Sequence record: DRR378314_419
DNA: 64,000 nt
Direction: 5' to 3' (one strand)
Shown here: in pieces, positions 39,300 through 47,487 of the stretch
Layout: each line of letters starts with the position of its first letter
Position numbering within the stretch: the first letter of the stretch is position 1
The notes under the pieces: generated by a model
What the model saw: only the letters and a program-made list of their open reading frames with translations
Database searches by the model: none
What the model was told of the DNA's origin: nothing
Made by a program: the position numbers and the translations under genes

Positions 39300-39494
39300 A
39301 TGCGTAAACTGAACACAACACCAAACATGAAAGATCCGGATGGATTTTATGAGCAACTTCTCAAACTTCATGAGGGTTTGGAAGAGAGCGAAAGCCATGC
39401 ATTAAACGCCCGGCTGGTCTTGATCCTGGCCAATCATATTGGTGATCGGGAAATCCTCGCAGAAGCGATGACCCTTGCCAAGCTGGAGAATTGA
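39300..39494 (+). CDS. DUF2783 family small protein
   Basis: PDGFYEQLLKLHEGL...SHALNARLVLILANHIGD. Confidence 0.88.
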   Translation: MRKLNTTPNMKDPDGFYEQLLKLHEGLEESESHALNARLVLILANHIGDREILAEAMTLAKLEN

Positions 39495-39713
39495 TCCATG
39501 TATTTTAATAGACAGCAATTTGGCTTATGCTAGCCAGACAAACCCCAAAACCGATTGGGGAATAAGGGTCCAGGTGAAGATGAGATCAATGAATGTCCAA
39601 CCACTGATGGTTGGTGCCGTATTGGGAAAAACGGTGCGCGGGATTCCGGGCGCCCCGCCGCTTGCAAAAGTTTGAAGTAACCCCCTTATCTCAAAATTTG
39701 CAGGAGTATCCTG

Positions 39714-40790
39714 ATGACTGATCTATTTGAAAATCCGCTGGGTCTTGATGGCTTTGAATTCGTGGAATGGGCCTCCCCCACACCGAATGTACTGGAACCT
39801 TTATTTGAAAAAATGGGGTTCACCAAGGTTGCTGTCCATCGCTCAAAAGATGTGGTTCTTTACCGTCAAGGCGACATCAATTTCATTATCAATAATGAGA
39901 AAAACAGCCAGGCCCATTATTTTGCCGAGGAGCATGGACCCTCCGCTTGCGGTTTGGCCTTTCGGGTGAAAGATGCCCACAAAGCCTATTCTGAAGCGAT
40001 CAGCAGGGGGGCGCAGCCGCTTGATATTCCAACCGGGCCGATGGAGCTGCGCCTGCCGGCTGTGAAAGGCATTGGCGGAGCGCCTCTGTATCTGATCGAT
40101 CGGTATGGCGATGAAAATTCCATCTATGATATTGATTTTAAATATCTTGATGGGGTGGATCCCTATCCGAAGGGGTGCGGATTTAATGTGATTGATCATT
40201 TAACCCATAACGTCTATCGCGGCCGCATGGGATATTGGTCGGAATTTTATGAGAAAATTTTCGGGTTCCGGGAAATTCGCTATTTCGATATCAAAGGAGA
40301 ATATACAGGTCTGACCTCACGCGCGATGACGTCTCCGTGCGGTAAAATTCGCATCCCGTTGAACGAGGAAGCCTCTCAGGGCGTTGGCCAGATCGAGGAA
40401 TTCTTGATGGCCTATAATGGGGAAGGGATCCAGCATGTGGCCCTTTCCTGTGATGATCTGATTGCCGGTTGGGACAGGCTCAAGGCAAGGGGGGTTCCGT
40501 TCATGACCCCACCGCCAGAGACCTATTATGAAATGCTCGAAGATCGTCTTCCCGGTCACGGCGAAAATGTGCCAGAGCTCCAATCCAGAGGGATCTTGCT
40601 GGATGGCTCCACAACCGAAGGTGACCCCAGACTGCTTCTGCAAATCTTTTCAGAAACCCTCGTTGGGCCGGTTTTCTTCGAATTCATCCAACGGAAAAAA
40701 GAGGAAGGCTTTGGCGAAGGAAACTTTAAAGCCCTCTTTGAAAGCATAGAACGCGATCAACTCCGCCGCGGTGTGGTTGAAGCCAAATAA
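39714..40790 (+). CDS. hppD: 4-hydroxyphenylpyruvate dioxygenase
   Basis: [62 protein letters not shown]. Confidence 0.98.
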   Translation: MTDLFENPLGLDGFEFVEWASPTPNVLEPLFEKMGFTKVAVHRSKDVVLYRQGDINFIINNEKNSQAHYFAEEHGPSACGLAFRVKDAHKAYSEAISRGAQPLDIPTGPMELRLPAVKGIGGAPLYLIDRYGDENSIYDIDFKYLDGVDPYPKGCGFNVIDHLTHNVYRGRMGYWSEFYEKIFGFREIRYFDIKGEYTGLTSRAMTSPCGKIRIPLNEEASQGVGQIEEFLMAYNGEGIQHVALSCDDLIAGWDRLKARGVPFMTPPPETYYEMLEDRLPGHGENVPELQSRGILLDGSTTEGDPRLLLQIFSETLVGPVFFEFIQRKKEEGFGEGNFKALFESIERDQLRRGVVEAK

Positions 40791-40818
40791 AGACGGATCT
40801 GTTTTTGTATAGTCCCAG

Positions 40819-40845
40819 AAAACCCGGCATTTAGCCGGGTTTTTT
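40819..40845. terminator. Bidirectional rho-independent terminator
   Basis: AAAACCCGGC-attta-GCCGGGTTTTTT between convergent hppD and the lipid operon. Confidence 0.88.
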
Positions 40846-40898
40846 GAAATGTCTTTTTATGGCCAGAGTTGGATGGCAGAGACAGCCTTGTTAAAGCG

Positions 40899-42356
40899 TC
40901 ACTGGTCGCCGGGCTGCAGGTTGCGGGCTGCCCGTTGGCGGAGTGATGAGCTGCTGATGCCATCTGTTCGGGGGAAAATGACGAGTTTTTCGGCCTGAAT
41001 ATGGTTTTGATTATCATCCCCATGGACCAGCAGATCAATATTATGCTGTTTCAGGGTGTCTTCCGTGAGCAGCCAGGGAGTTTCGACAACCTCATCAACC
41101 GCTTCCATCGCCAATAGAATTTCTTTGCGCTCGTCAAAACTCAGTTCAGTTGCTACTCCCTTGATCTTATGTAAATCCGCATCAGAGGTCAGGCCAACAA
41201 CCACATGGCCCAGTTTTTGCGCTTGATCCAGAAGCCGGACATGGCCGTGATGCAGCAGGGTCGCCGACATATCCACCATGATCCGCCGTTTTGGAGGGGA
41301 TGGCTGCGCGCCCCCCTGTTCAGGGCCAAGGCCATGGGCCAGAAGGGTGAAGGTCTGGACGGCTTGAAATGCCAGGAGCCAGATGACCAATAGGGCAATT
41401 GCGATTAAAAGCGGCTCTTCCAGCTCTACCATCAAGTGATTTTCTGATCGGAACAGGGCGGTAAACACAAGGAGCATTACGGGCAGAACAAAGAGCAAAT
41501 CTATTTTCTTGAGATCACAGCGTAACCAGAGTTCCCGCATCAAATCCCCGGTATGCTTCACGCCCATCAAGGCAATTAGCAAAAAGCCAATGGATTGGTT
41601 TTGCCAGTTTAAACTCCCTTGCAGATGGGTGATCATCATCCATAAGGAAATGGCACCCAGACTGTAAAAGGGAGTGAGTAGGTCGGCCAGATTGTCGCGG
41701 GCCCGCAGGCAATTTTTAAGGATTGAAAAGCCGAGGACGGAAATCACAATTCCATAGAAAAGATGGCGAAGCTCAGGCGCACCGCCCATAATCTGGTAAT
41801 CCCAGACAGCATGTCCCCAGATCGCCGTCATGATCAGGCAGACAACCCCCACCCAGATAAATTCAAGACCGCCCAGAAACGGTAGCTTTCGGGCATTGTT
41901 GTTTCGGGTTTCCCAGTTATTGGCCCAAAAGGCGAATGCCACGACAAGGCTCATGACCACCATCTGCTCCAACGGGTAGACCATCAGATACATCAGTCCA
42001 ATCGGGGCAAGATTTGCCAGCAACGCATCCACCCAGTGATCCAGAAAATCGCCAGACGGGCCGCCGCGTTTCAGGCGCCGGGCCTGTAATCCATCCAGTT
42101 GATCGCATATGGCATAGACCACCAGCAACAAGGCGCCGATCACCAGCAGGGATTTACCGGTCGAGGTGGCGGGATCAATCAGACGGTCTGAAAACCACAA
42201 GATCGCAATGGTAATACCGGCGCAGAAGCCCCCAAATAATGTCAGCGCATTTGGCGATACAGTCTCCGGGATCAGATTGAGGATCGGATCCGTGGCCAGG
42301 CGCCGTAATGTCGGGGCTGTTGCCGAGAAATCCTGGCTTTCAAACTTCTTTTTCAT
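40899..42356 (-). CDS. Fusion: CDP-alcohol phosphotransferase (CEPT/EPT/AAPT-like) + C-terminal HxGH cytidylyltransferase
   Basis: SPNALTL and the full CDP-AP motif DQLDGLQARRLKRGGPSGDFLDHWVD, then about 10 TM segments. The C-terminal domain has VDMSATLLHHGH, ERKEIL..VDEVV, VHGDD and RTDGISSS. Confidence 0.88.
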   Translation of the reverse strand: MKKKFESQDFSATAPTLRRLATDPILNLIPETVSPNALTLFGGFCAGITIAILWFSDRLIDPATSTGKSLLVIGALLLVVYAICDQLDGLQARRLKRGGPSGDFLDHWVDALLANLAPIGLMYLMVYPLEQMVVMSLVVAFAFWANNWETRNNNARKLPFLGGLEFIWVGVVCLIMTAIWGHAVWDYQIMGGAPELRHLFYGIVISVLGFSILKNCLRARDNLADLLTPFYSLGAISLWMMITHLQGSLNWQNQSIGFLLIALMGVKHTGDLMRELWLRCDLKKIDLLFVLPVMLLVFTALFRSENHLMVELEEPLLIAIALLVIWLLAFQAVQTFTLLAHGLGPEQGGAQPSPPKRRIMVDMSATLLHHGHVRLLDQAQKLGHVVVGLTSDADLHKIKGVATELSFDERKEILLAMEAVDEVVETPWLLTEDTLKQHNIDLLVHGDDNQNHIQAEKLVIFPRTDGISSSSLRQRAARNLQPGDQ

Positions 42357-43555
42357 CTGAGAAACTCTTCAATACCAAGGGCAAAAAGCGCATAGCCCCC
42401 CACAACAGCGTGAGAGACTGAAACCCCTATCAGGGATTTATGACGCATGAATAACCAGCCCCAGAAAAGACCCGGTACAAAAGTAATAAACGCGAACCCG
42501 AGGTTCAGATGGGAATGGGATGCTGAATAGAGCAGGTTGGATACCAATATCGCCAGGAAATGCCGTTGGACATAGCTTCCTTGCAATAAAATTGAGAGAG
42601 GTGCCTGGACGCCGCAGCGGGCAATCAGTTCCTGGATCGGGCAGAGAAGAACGTAAGCTGCAAAAAAGGTCAGATAGGCAAGCCAGCTAAAATCCCCGCC
42701 CGGCGAAAAGCTGGAAAACATCTCTGTCAGGGTGAATAGTGTCATTGCACCGGGGTCCGGATGAAGGGCCAGATATCCCCATTTCAAACAGGTTATAAAT
42801 CCGCATAAGGGAACGGAGAACAGCAGCGCATCCTTAATCGCGGGCTTCCAGCCCTTAGCGGTGAGCCCGAAGGCTTCGAAAGGCATCTCGCTTCTTGCCA
42901 TCATGAAAAGCATTGCCCCCATAAAGGCAATAATCAGCAGAGGCGAGTAATAAACCTGCAGCCAGGATGCATAAGCCCCCAAATCAACAACCGCCCGAAG
43001 GGCAAGGGTGTAGCAGGCGACCAGGGACAGAATGGTGATGGTAAAGCGGCCAGCCACGGCCTGTTCACGCCGACGCTTGGCTTCCTGTTCCATAATCGCG
43101 ACTTTGCGATCGCTGGTGTCGCGCAGTTTGCTGGTAATGCGCCGGATTAGGTTAAGCTGGAGTTTGTCGTAAAGCGCTCTGAGATGTTCATCATTACCCT
43201 GTTGTTTGAAATCCAGGGTGATCAGCTCCATCGGTTCAGAGGCTTTAATGGTGGCGGAGGCTTTACTGCCTTCAATGGCGGTCAGTTCGCCAAATTCCTC
43301 ACCCGGGTGCAGGGTGGCAATCACATAGCTGTTGTCACCGGGCTCTCCGCCGGGATCGCGGTTTTTCAGAACCTGCGCTTCCCCGGAATGGATGATATGT
43401 ATCTTGCTGTTGGGTGTTCCTTCTTCAAGAATAACCTGGCCTTTATCGACGTGCGAGATTTGAAAATGTCCAAGGCTGCTCTCAATGAGTTCTAAGGGCA
43501 GGTCCCTGAACATTTCCGAAGACGCGACACTGTCGATAATTAATTTGGCGGCCAT
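42353..43555 (-). CDS. Fusion: cyclic-nucleotide-binding (CAP_ED) domain + CPBP (CAAX/Abi/Rce1-like) intramembrane protease
   Basis: N-terminal GQVILEEG...IIHSGEAQV...LHPGEEFGEL..SATIKA. The C-terminal TM domain has QELIAR, YSASH and GLFWGWLF..HKSLIGVSVSH. Confidence 0.85.
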   Translation of the reverse strand: MAAKLIIDSVASSEMFRDLPLELIESSLGHFQISHVDKGQVILEEGTPNSKIHIIHSGEAQVLKNRDPGGEPGDNSYVIATLHPGEEFGELTAIEGSKASATIKASEPMELITLDFKQQGNDEHLRALYDKLQLNLIRRITSKLRDTSDRKVAIMEQEAKRRREQAVAGRFTITILSLVACYTLALRAVVDLGAYASWLQVYYSPLLIIAFMGAMLFMMARSEMPFEAFGLTAKGWKPAIKDALLFSVPLCGFITCLKWGYLALHPDPGAMTLFTLTEMFSSFSPGGDFSWLAYLTFFAAYVLLCPIQELIARCGVQAPLSILLQGSYVQRHFLAILVSNLLYSASHSHLNLGFAFITFVPGLFWGWLFMRHKSLIGVSVSHAVVGGYALFALGIEEFLR

Positions 43556-43557
43556 TC

Positions 43558-44589
43558 CTATTCTGCAGCTTTTTGTAAGGCCATTTCATTGGCCTTTATT
43601 GCCCTTCGTCTTTCTTTTGCTTCGCGGAAAGGGATCAGCTGTTCATTGATTTCATCCCAAATTGCCAGCCGCGTACAGGTCAGGGCTTCTTTCAGCCTCA
43701 TCTCACGCGGGTTACAAAGATCCGGGTTCTCCAGCATACAGGCTCTCAGCCGGTAGTTGGGGATAGACGGCAGAAGGTGATGAATATGATGAATACCGAT
43801 GTCGGCGGAAATCCATCTGAGGACCGGTGGCAGATTGACCAGCGTACTGCCCTCAAAAGCAGATTTCAGATAATTCCAGTTTTCCTGCCGTTGCCAATAG
43901 GCATCATGATAGGAATGCTGAACATAAAACAGCCAAAATCCAATCGCTGATGCGACCCAGATAGCGGGAAGGAATATTGCTAGAAAAGCGCCGATTCCAT
44001 ACGTGAAATGAATGCCGATCAGGGCCAGAACGATGGCCGCATTAGTCCGATGAACGCTTTTCAGATAGACCGGGTTCAGATTGTTATGAAGAATGGGAAA
44101 CCGCTGCTTGATGACGAAATGCAATACGCCGCCAATGCCAAACAGGAAAAAAGGGTTACGAATAAGGCGATAAAAGATTTTGTCAGTCAGCGACAGTTCC
44201 AGATATTCGTCAATCGTTTTGGTTTCAATATCACCGGTGCCCCGTTTGTCCAGGTTTCCGGTCGTTGCATGGTGAACCGCATGGGCTGCCCGCCAGTATT
44301 GATAGGGGGTCAATGTCAAAAAGGCGAAAACACTACCCACAGCATCATTGAGTTTACGATTGGTAAAAAGACTCCCATGTCCGCAATCATGTTGCAACGT
44401 GAAGGTACGCACAAGCAACAGTCCCAATGGGACGGACAGCAGAAGCACCCAGCCATAATGATCAAGCCCCAGGTACAGCATGGTTCCCAGCAGACCCGCA
44501 AAGAGCAGGGCGGACGTGATCACCTGAAACCAAGCCCGCAAATTGCTGGCGACGGCATAGGGCCTTACGATTGCAAGCGCTTCTTTCAA
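43558..44589 (-). CDS. Membrane fatty-acid desaturase (Bacillus Des / Delta12-like family)
   Basis: His boxes HDCGH, HAVHH and HHIHH; WLFYVQH; IPNYRL. The start is uncertain: I chose the in-frame TTG at 44589, and the frame stays open to 44844. Confidence 0.92.
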   Translation of the reverse strand: MKEALAIVRPYAVASNLRAWFQVITSALLFAGLLGTMLYLGLDHYGWVLLLSVPLGLLLVRTFTLQHDCGHGSLFTNRKLNDAVGSVFAFLTLTPYQYWRAAHAVHHATTGNLDKRGTGDIETKTIDEYLELSLTDKIFYRLIRNPFFLFGIGGVLHFVIKQRFPILHNNLNPVYLKSVHRTNAAIVLALIGIHFTYGIGAFLAIFLPAIWVASAIGFWLFYVQHSYHDAYWQRQENWNYLKSAFEGSTLVNLPPVLRWISADIGIHHIHHLLPSIPNYRLRACMLENPDLCNPREMRLKEALTCTRLAIWDEINEQLIPFREAKERRRAIKANEMALQKAAE

Positions 44590-44795
44590 AGTATGTGGCC
44601 GCTTCGGTTGGTGTGTTTCAATTAGAGACGGCTTATTACGAGTACTACCCGACGATGAGCCAGCCGTATTTGGTTCATTAATAAAACGTATTTTTCCTAC
44701 CCCTAAAATTTGCCGAACTATGCCGTAAATAAGCTGAACAGGCAACTTATTTGAACAGATGGTATAGTTTGGTCTAAAGTCAGTTGAGTGAGCCC

Positions 44796-46001
44796 TTAAT
44801 TCAGGTCGAAGCAATTCGCATAAAATGTAGTGGTCGCCGGCCAATCCGAAAAGACAGCCGCGACCCCCACATCTTTATGCAAAACATGCAATAATTCAAA
44901 CATATCGCCATCATTTTGAACGGCGGATTTGATGGATTTATAATACCAGCCACCCCTATTTTCTAAGGGTCCGCTCCGCTCCAATGTCCAGGCAATGAGT
45001 TTCAGATCCGCCTCAATGGCGGCCTTGGCATATGCGGACGGAACGATTTTCCCGTTGTCAGTGGTCACCATCATCCAAAGCGGCGGTGCCAGATAATGAA
45101 CCCCCATGGCTTTCAATTCAGCCATGCTGGGGGAAAAGCTGTTCAGATCATCGGGGTTCAGGCCCTGACGATAGCGCCCGTCCAGATAAACGGCCTGTTT
45201 GCCAAATTCCGGCTCATTTTTAATCCAGTATAAAACGTCGTCCAGATTAAAAGACTGCGGCCAGACATCTGCCGGCGCGATATTTGCCGTTTTATAGTCG
45301 TCAATGAGTTTCTGGGCATACATCTGTTGGGTCATCCCCTTGAAGGGCATGGGGACAACCGGGGCTTTAAGTTCAGGTGTAAATTGAACGCCCAATGATT
45401 TGAACAGCGCAATACTTTCCTGATGGCTCAGCAACTCTTCACCTTCGGGACTTCCCAGGTTCTTACGCCATTTGGGCGTTCCCTTCAGATATTCCTCTGG
45501 TGTCTCGGCTTTTTTGTTCGCCCCCTCCATTTTACCTTTCAGGCTTTTGAACTCAGCCAGAGTCACATCACTGGTCAGACACTCGGCCGATGCTTTCTGG
45601 CCCTGGCCATTGGCTGGCGTGAAGGGGGTCGAGCATTTGCCGCTCAGCGGAGTGGTCAGGATGTTGGTCGTGTAGTGCAGGTCATTTTGCGAATGACGGC
45701 AGACTAGTTCCTTGTCTTTGGTAAAGGTGACATCGCATTCCAGGATCCCTGCGCCCATCGCGGCGGCGGCCTCATATCCAGCTTTTGTATGTTCCGGATA
45801 TCCTAGCGGCGCGCCGCGGTGAGAAATGGAAAAACCGGATTTTTTCAGCGGCTGGCCCAAACAGGATTGCAGTTTTTCCTTCAGCGGGCCACCCGTCATG
45901 GCGGCGATTAATTCCGCCGGTCGGTTCGTTTCATCGAACGCGTAGGAACTGATCGGGGTCAGAAGTAAAAGCGATCCGATCAGCAAAGCACTAGGTTTCA
46001 T
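44796..46001 (-). CDS. Secreted glycerophosphodiester phosphodiesterase (GDPD)
   Basis: Signal peptide; [49 protein letters not shown]. Confidence 0.92.
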   Translation of the reverse strand: MKPSALLIGSLLLLTPISSYAFDETNRPAELIAAMTGGPLKEKLQSCLGQPLKKSGFSISHRGAPLGYPEHTKAGYEAAAAMGAGILECDVTFTKDKELVCRHSQNDLHYTTNILTTPLSGKCSTPFTPANGQGQKASAECLTSDVTLAEFKSLKGKMEGANKKAETPEEYLKGTPKWRKNLGSPEGEELLSHQESIALFKSLGVQFTPELKAPVVPMPFKGMTQQMYAQKLIDDYKTANIAPADVWPQSFNLDDVLYWIKNEPEFGKQAVYLDGRYRQGLNPDDLNSFSPSMAELKAMGVHYLAPPLWMMVTTDNGKIVPSAYAKAAIEADLKLIAWTLERSGPLENRGGWYYKSIKSAVQNDGDMFELLHVLHKDVGVAAVFSDWPATTTFYANCFDLN

Positions 46002-46234
46002 TAAGACTGTCTTTCTGTGATATCACCTGAAAATATGTGCAAAGACGTTTCGAGGCAACTTTTTGTTGGTTTGTTTGTGAAGATAAATGGTGCTTGTTTC
46101 CCAGGGACCGCTGTCTCTTTGTTTCGGTGTTAATTTTCCAAGTTTTCAGTTGGCAGAATTGCTTTCAGCCCTCATAATGTGCCGCTGTCATACGTATAAA
46201 GCGATGAAAACTCCCGCTAAGAGGACCAATAATA

Positions 46235-47410
46235 ATGCAAGAAGATGATAAACCCCTTAACGGCCTTGTTGTTGCAGATTTCAGTCAGGGCGTTGCCGGA
46301 CCCTATTCAGGGATGATGCTGGCGCAGGCCGGTGCGACTGTGAACAAGGTTGAGCCTCATAATGGTGACTGGGCGCGAACACTTGGAACTGCCTATGGTG
46401 ATCATTGTGCCCATTCCGTTGTTGTCAATCTTGGCAAAAAATCCATTGCCATTGATCTAAAAAGTGAAGAGGGCTTGAAACTGGCCAAAAAAATGGCGGT
46501 TGAGGCCGACATTGTCTTGGAATCTTTTCGCCCGGGTGTCATGAAGAAATTTGGTCTCGATTACGAGACAATCAAGAAAGAAAACGAAAATGTTATCTTT
46601 CTGTCCGTTACCGGCTATGGGCAGGACGGGCCGTATAACACCCGCCCAGTGACCGATAGTGCCATTCAGGGATTCTCTGGCTGGATGTCCATTACCCGCG
46701 ATGAAAACGGCACCCCAATTCGCTCCGGCATGGTGGCCATTGATTTCATGACCGGCCTTTTTGCTTACCAGGCCATCCTGAAAGCCTTGATCGCCCGCGG
46801 CATCAACGGTAAAGGCCGCTATATCGATTGCAGCCTGATGCAGACGGCCGCAGCCTTTCAAAGCGCAAAAATTCTGGAACATCATCTGGAGGGCGGCGCC
46901 CCTGCGGTTCTGTATGTTCCGGCGGGTGTTGTGAAAACCGCCGATGGATACATTGGGATTGCAGTAATGCGGGAGCATCACTATTCAGCCCTTTGTAAAG
47001 TCCTGGGCCGGGAAGATCTGATTGATCATCCTGATTATAACAGCCGTGAAGCCCGGCTGGAAAATGAAGTTCCTTTGATGAAGGAGCTGCGGGCGGAGTT
47101 TTTGAAACGCTCCACTCAGGATTGGGCAACGGTATTAGCTGCAGCTGAAGTTATTCACAGCCCGATCAATACTTATTCGGATTATCTGGACAATGAACAG
47201 GTTCAGGCCGTCAACAGCTACAACTGGGTTGAGCAGGATGGCGTTGGCAAAATTCCGCTGCCGCGCATTCCCGGTTTCGATGGATTTGAAACAGGTGATC
47301 CAATGGCTTATAGCCCGCATGTTGGAGAAAACGGAGATGAAGTGCTGAAATCCATCGGTCTTTCTGATGATGAAATTTCTGCTCTTAAATCCTCTGGCGC
47401 TGTTAAATAA
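46235..47410 (+). CDS. Family III (CaiB/BaiF) CoA transferase
   Basis: PLNGLVVADFSQGVAGP, KVEP..GD.AR, GKKSIAIDLK, ESFRPGV, GYGQDGP, SPHVGENG. Confidence 0.93.
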   Translation: MQEDDKPLNGLVVADFSQGVAGPYSGMMLAQAGATVNKVEPHNGDWARTLGTAYGDHCAHSVVVNLGKKSIAIDLKSEEGLKLAKKMAVEADIVLESFRPGVMKKFGLDYETIKKENENVIFLSVTGYGQDGPYNTRPVTDSAIQGFSGWMSITRDENGTPIRSGMVAIDFMTGLFAYQAILKALIARGINGKGRYIDCSLMQTAAAFQSAKILEHHLEGGAPAVLYVPAGVVKTADGYIGIAVMREHHYSALCKVLGREDLIDHPDYNSREARLENEVPLMKELRAEFLKRSTQDWATVLAAAEVIHSPINTYSDYLDNEQVQAVNSYNWVEQDGVGKIPLPRIPGFDGFETGDPMAYSPHVGENGDEVLKSIGLSDDEISALKSSGAVK

Positions 47411-47430
47411 CTCTTCTGCTAATCATTACG

Positions 47431-47483
47431 AAAAAGTCTGTGGGGTTCGCGTCCTTTTCGATGCGCCCACAGACTTTTTTTTT
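47431..47483. terminator. Bidirectional rho-independent terminator
   Basis: AAAAAGTCTGTGGG ... CCCACAGACTTTTTTTTT between convergent genes. Confidence 0.88.
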
Positions 47484-47487
47484 GGTT

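Noticed and set aside
44590-44844. 85-residue N-terminal extension of the desaturase in the ORF track
   Set aside because: It starts at a TTG inside the GDPD gene and has no desaturase-like character, so it is probably just an open frame across the intergenic region.
46151-46164. Sigma-54 promoter-like TGGCA...TTGC before the CoA transferase
   Set aside because: The GG-to-GC spacing is too short for a -24/-12 promoter.
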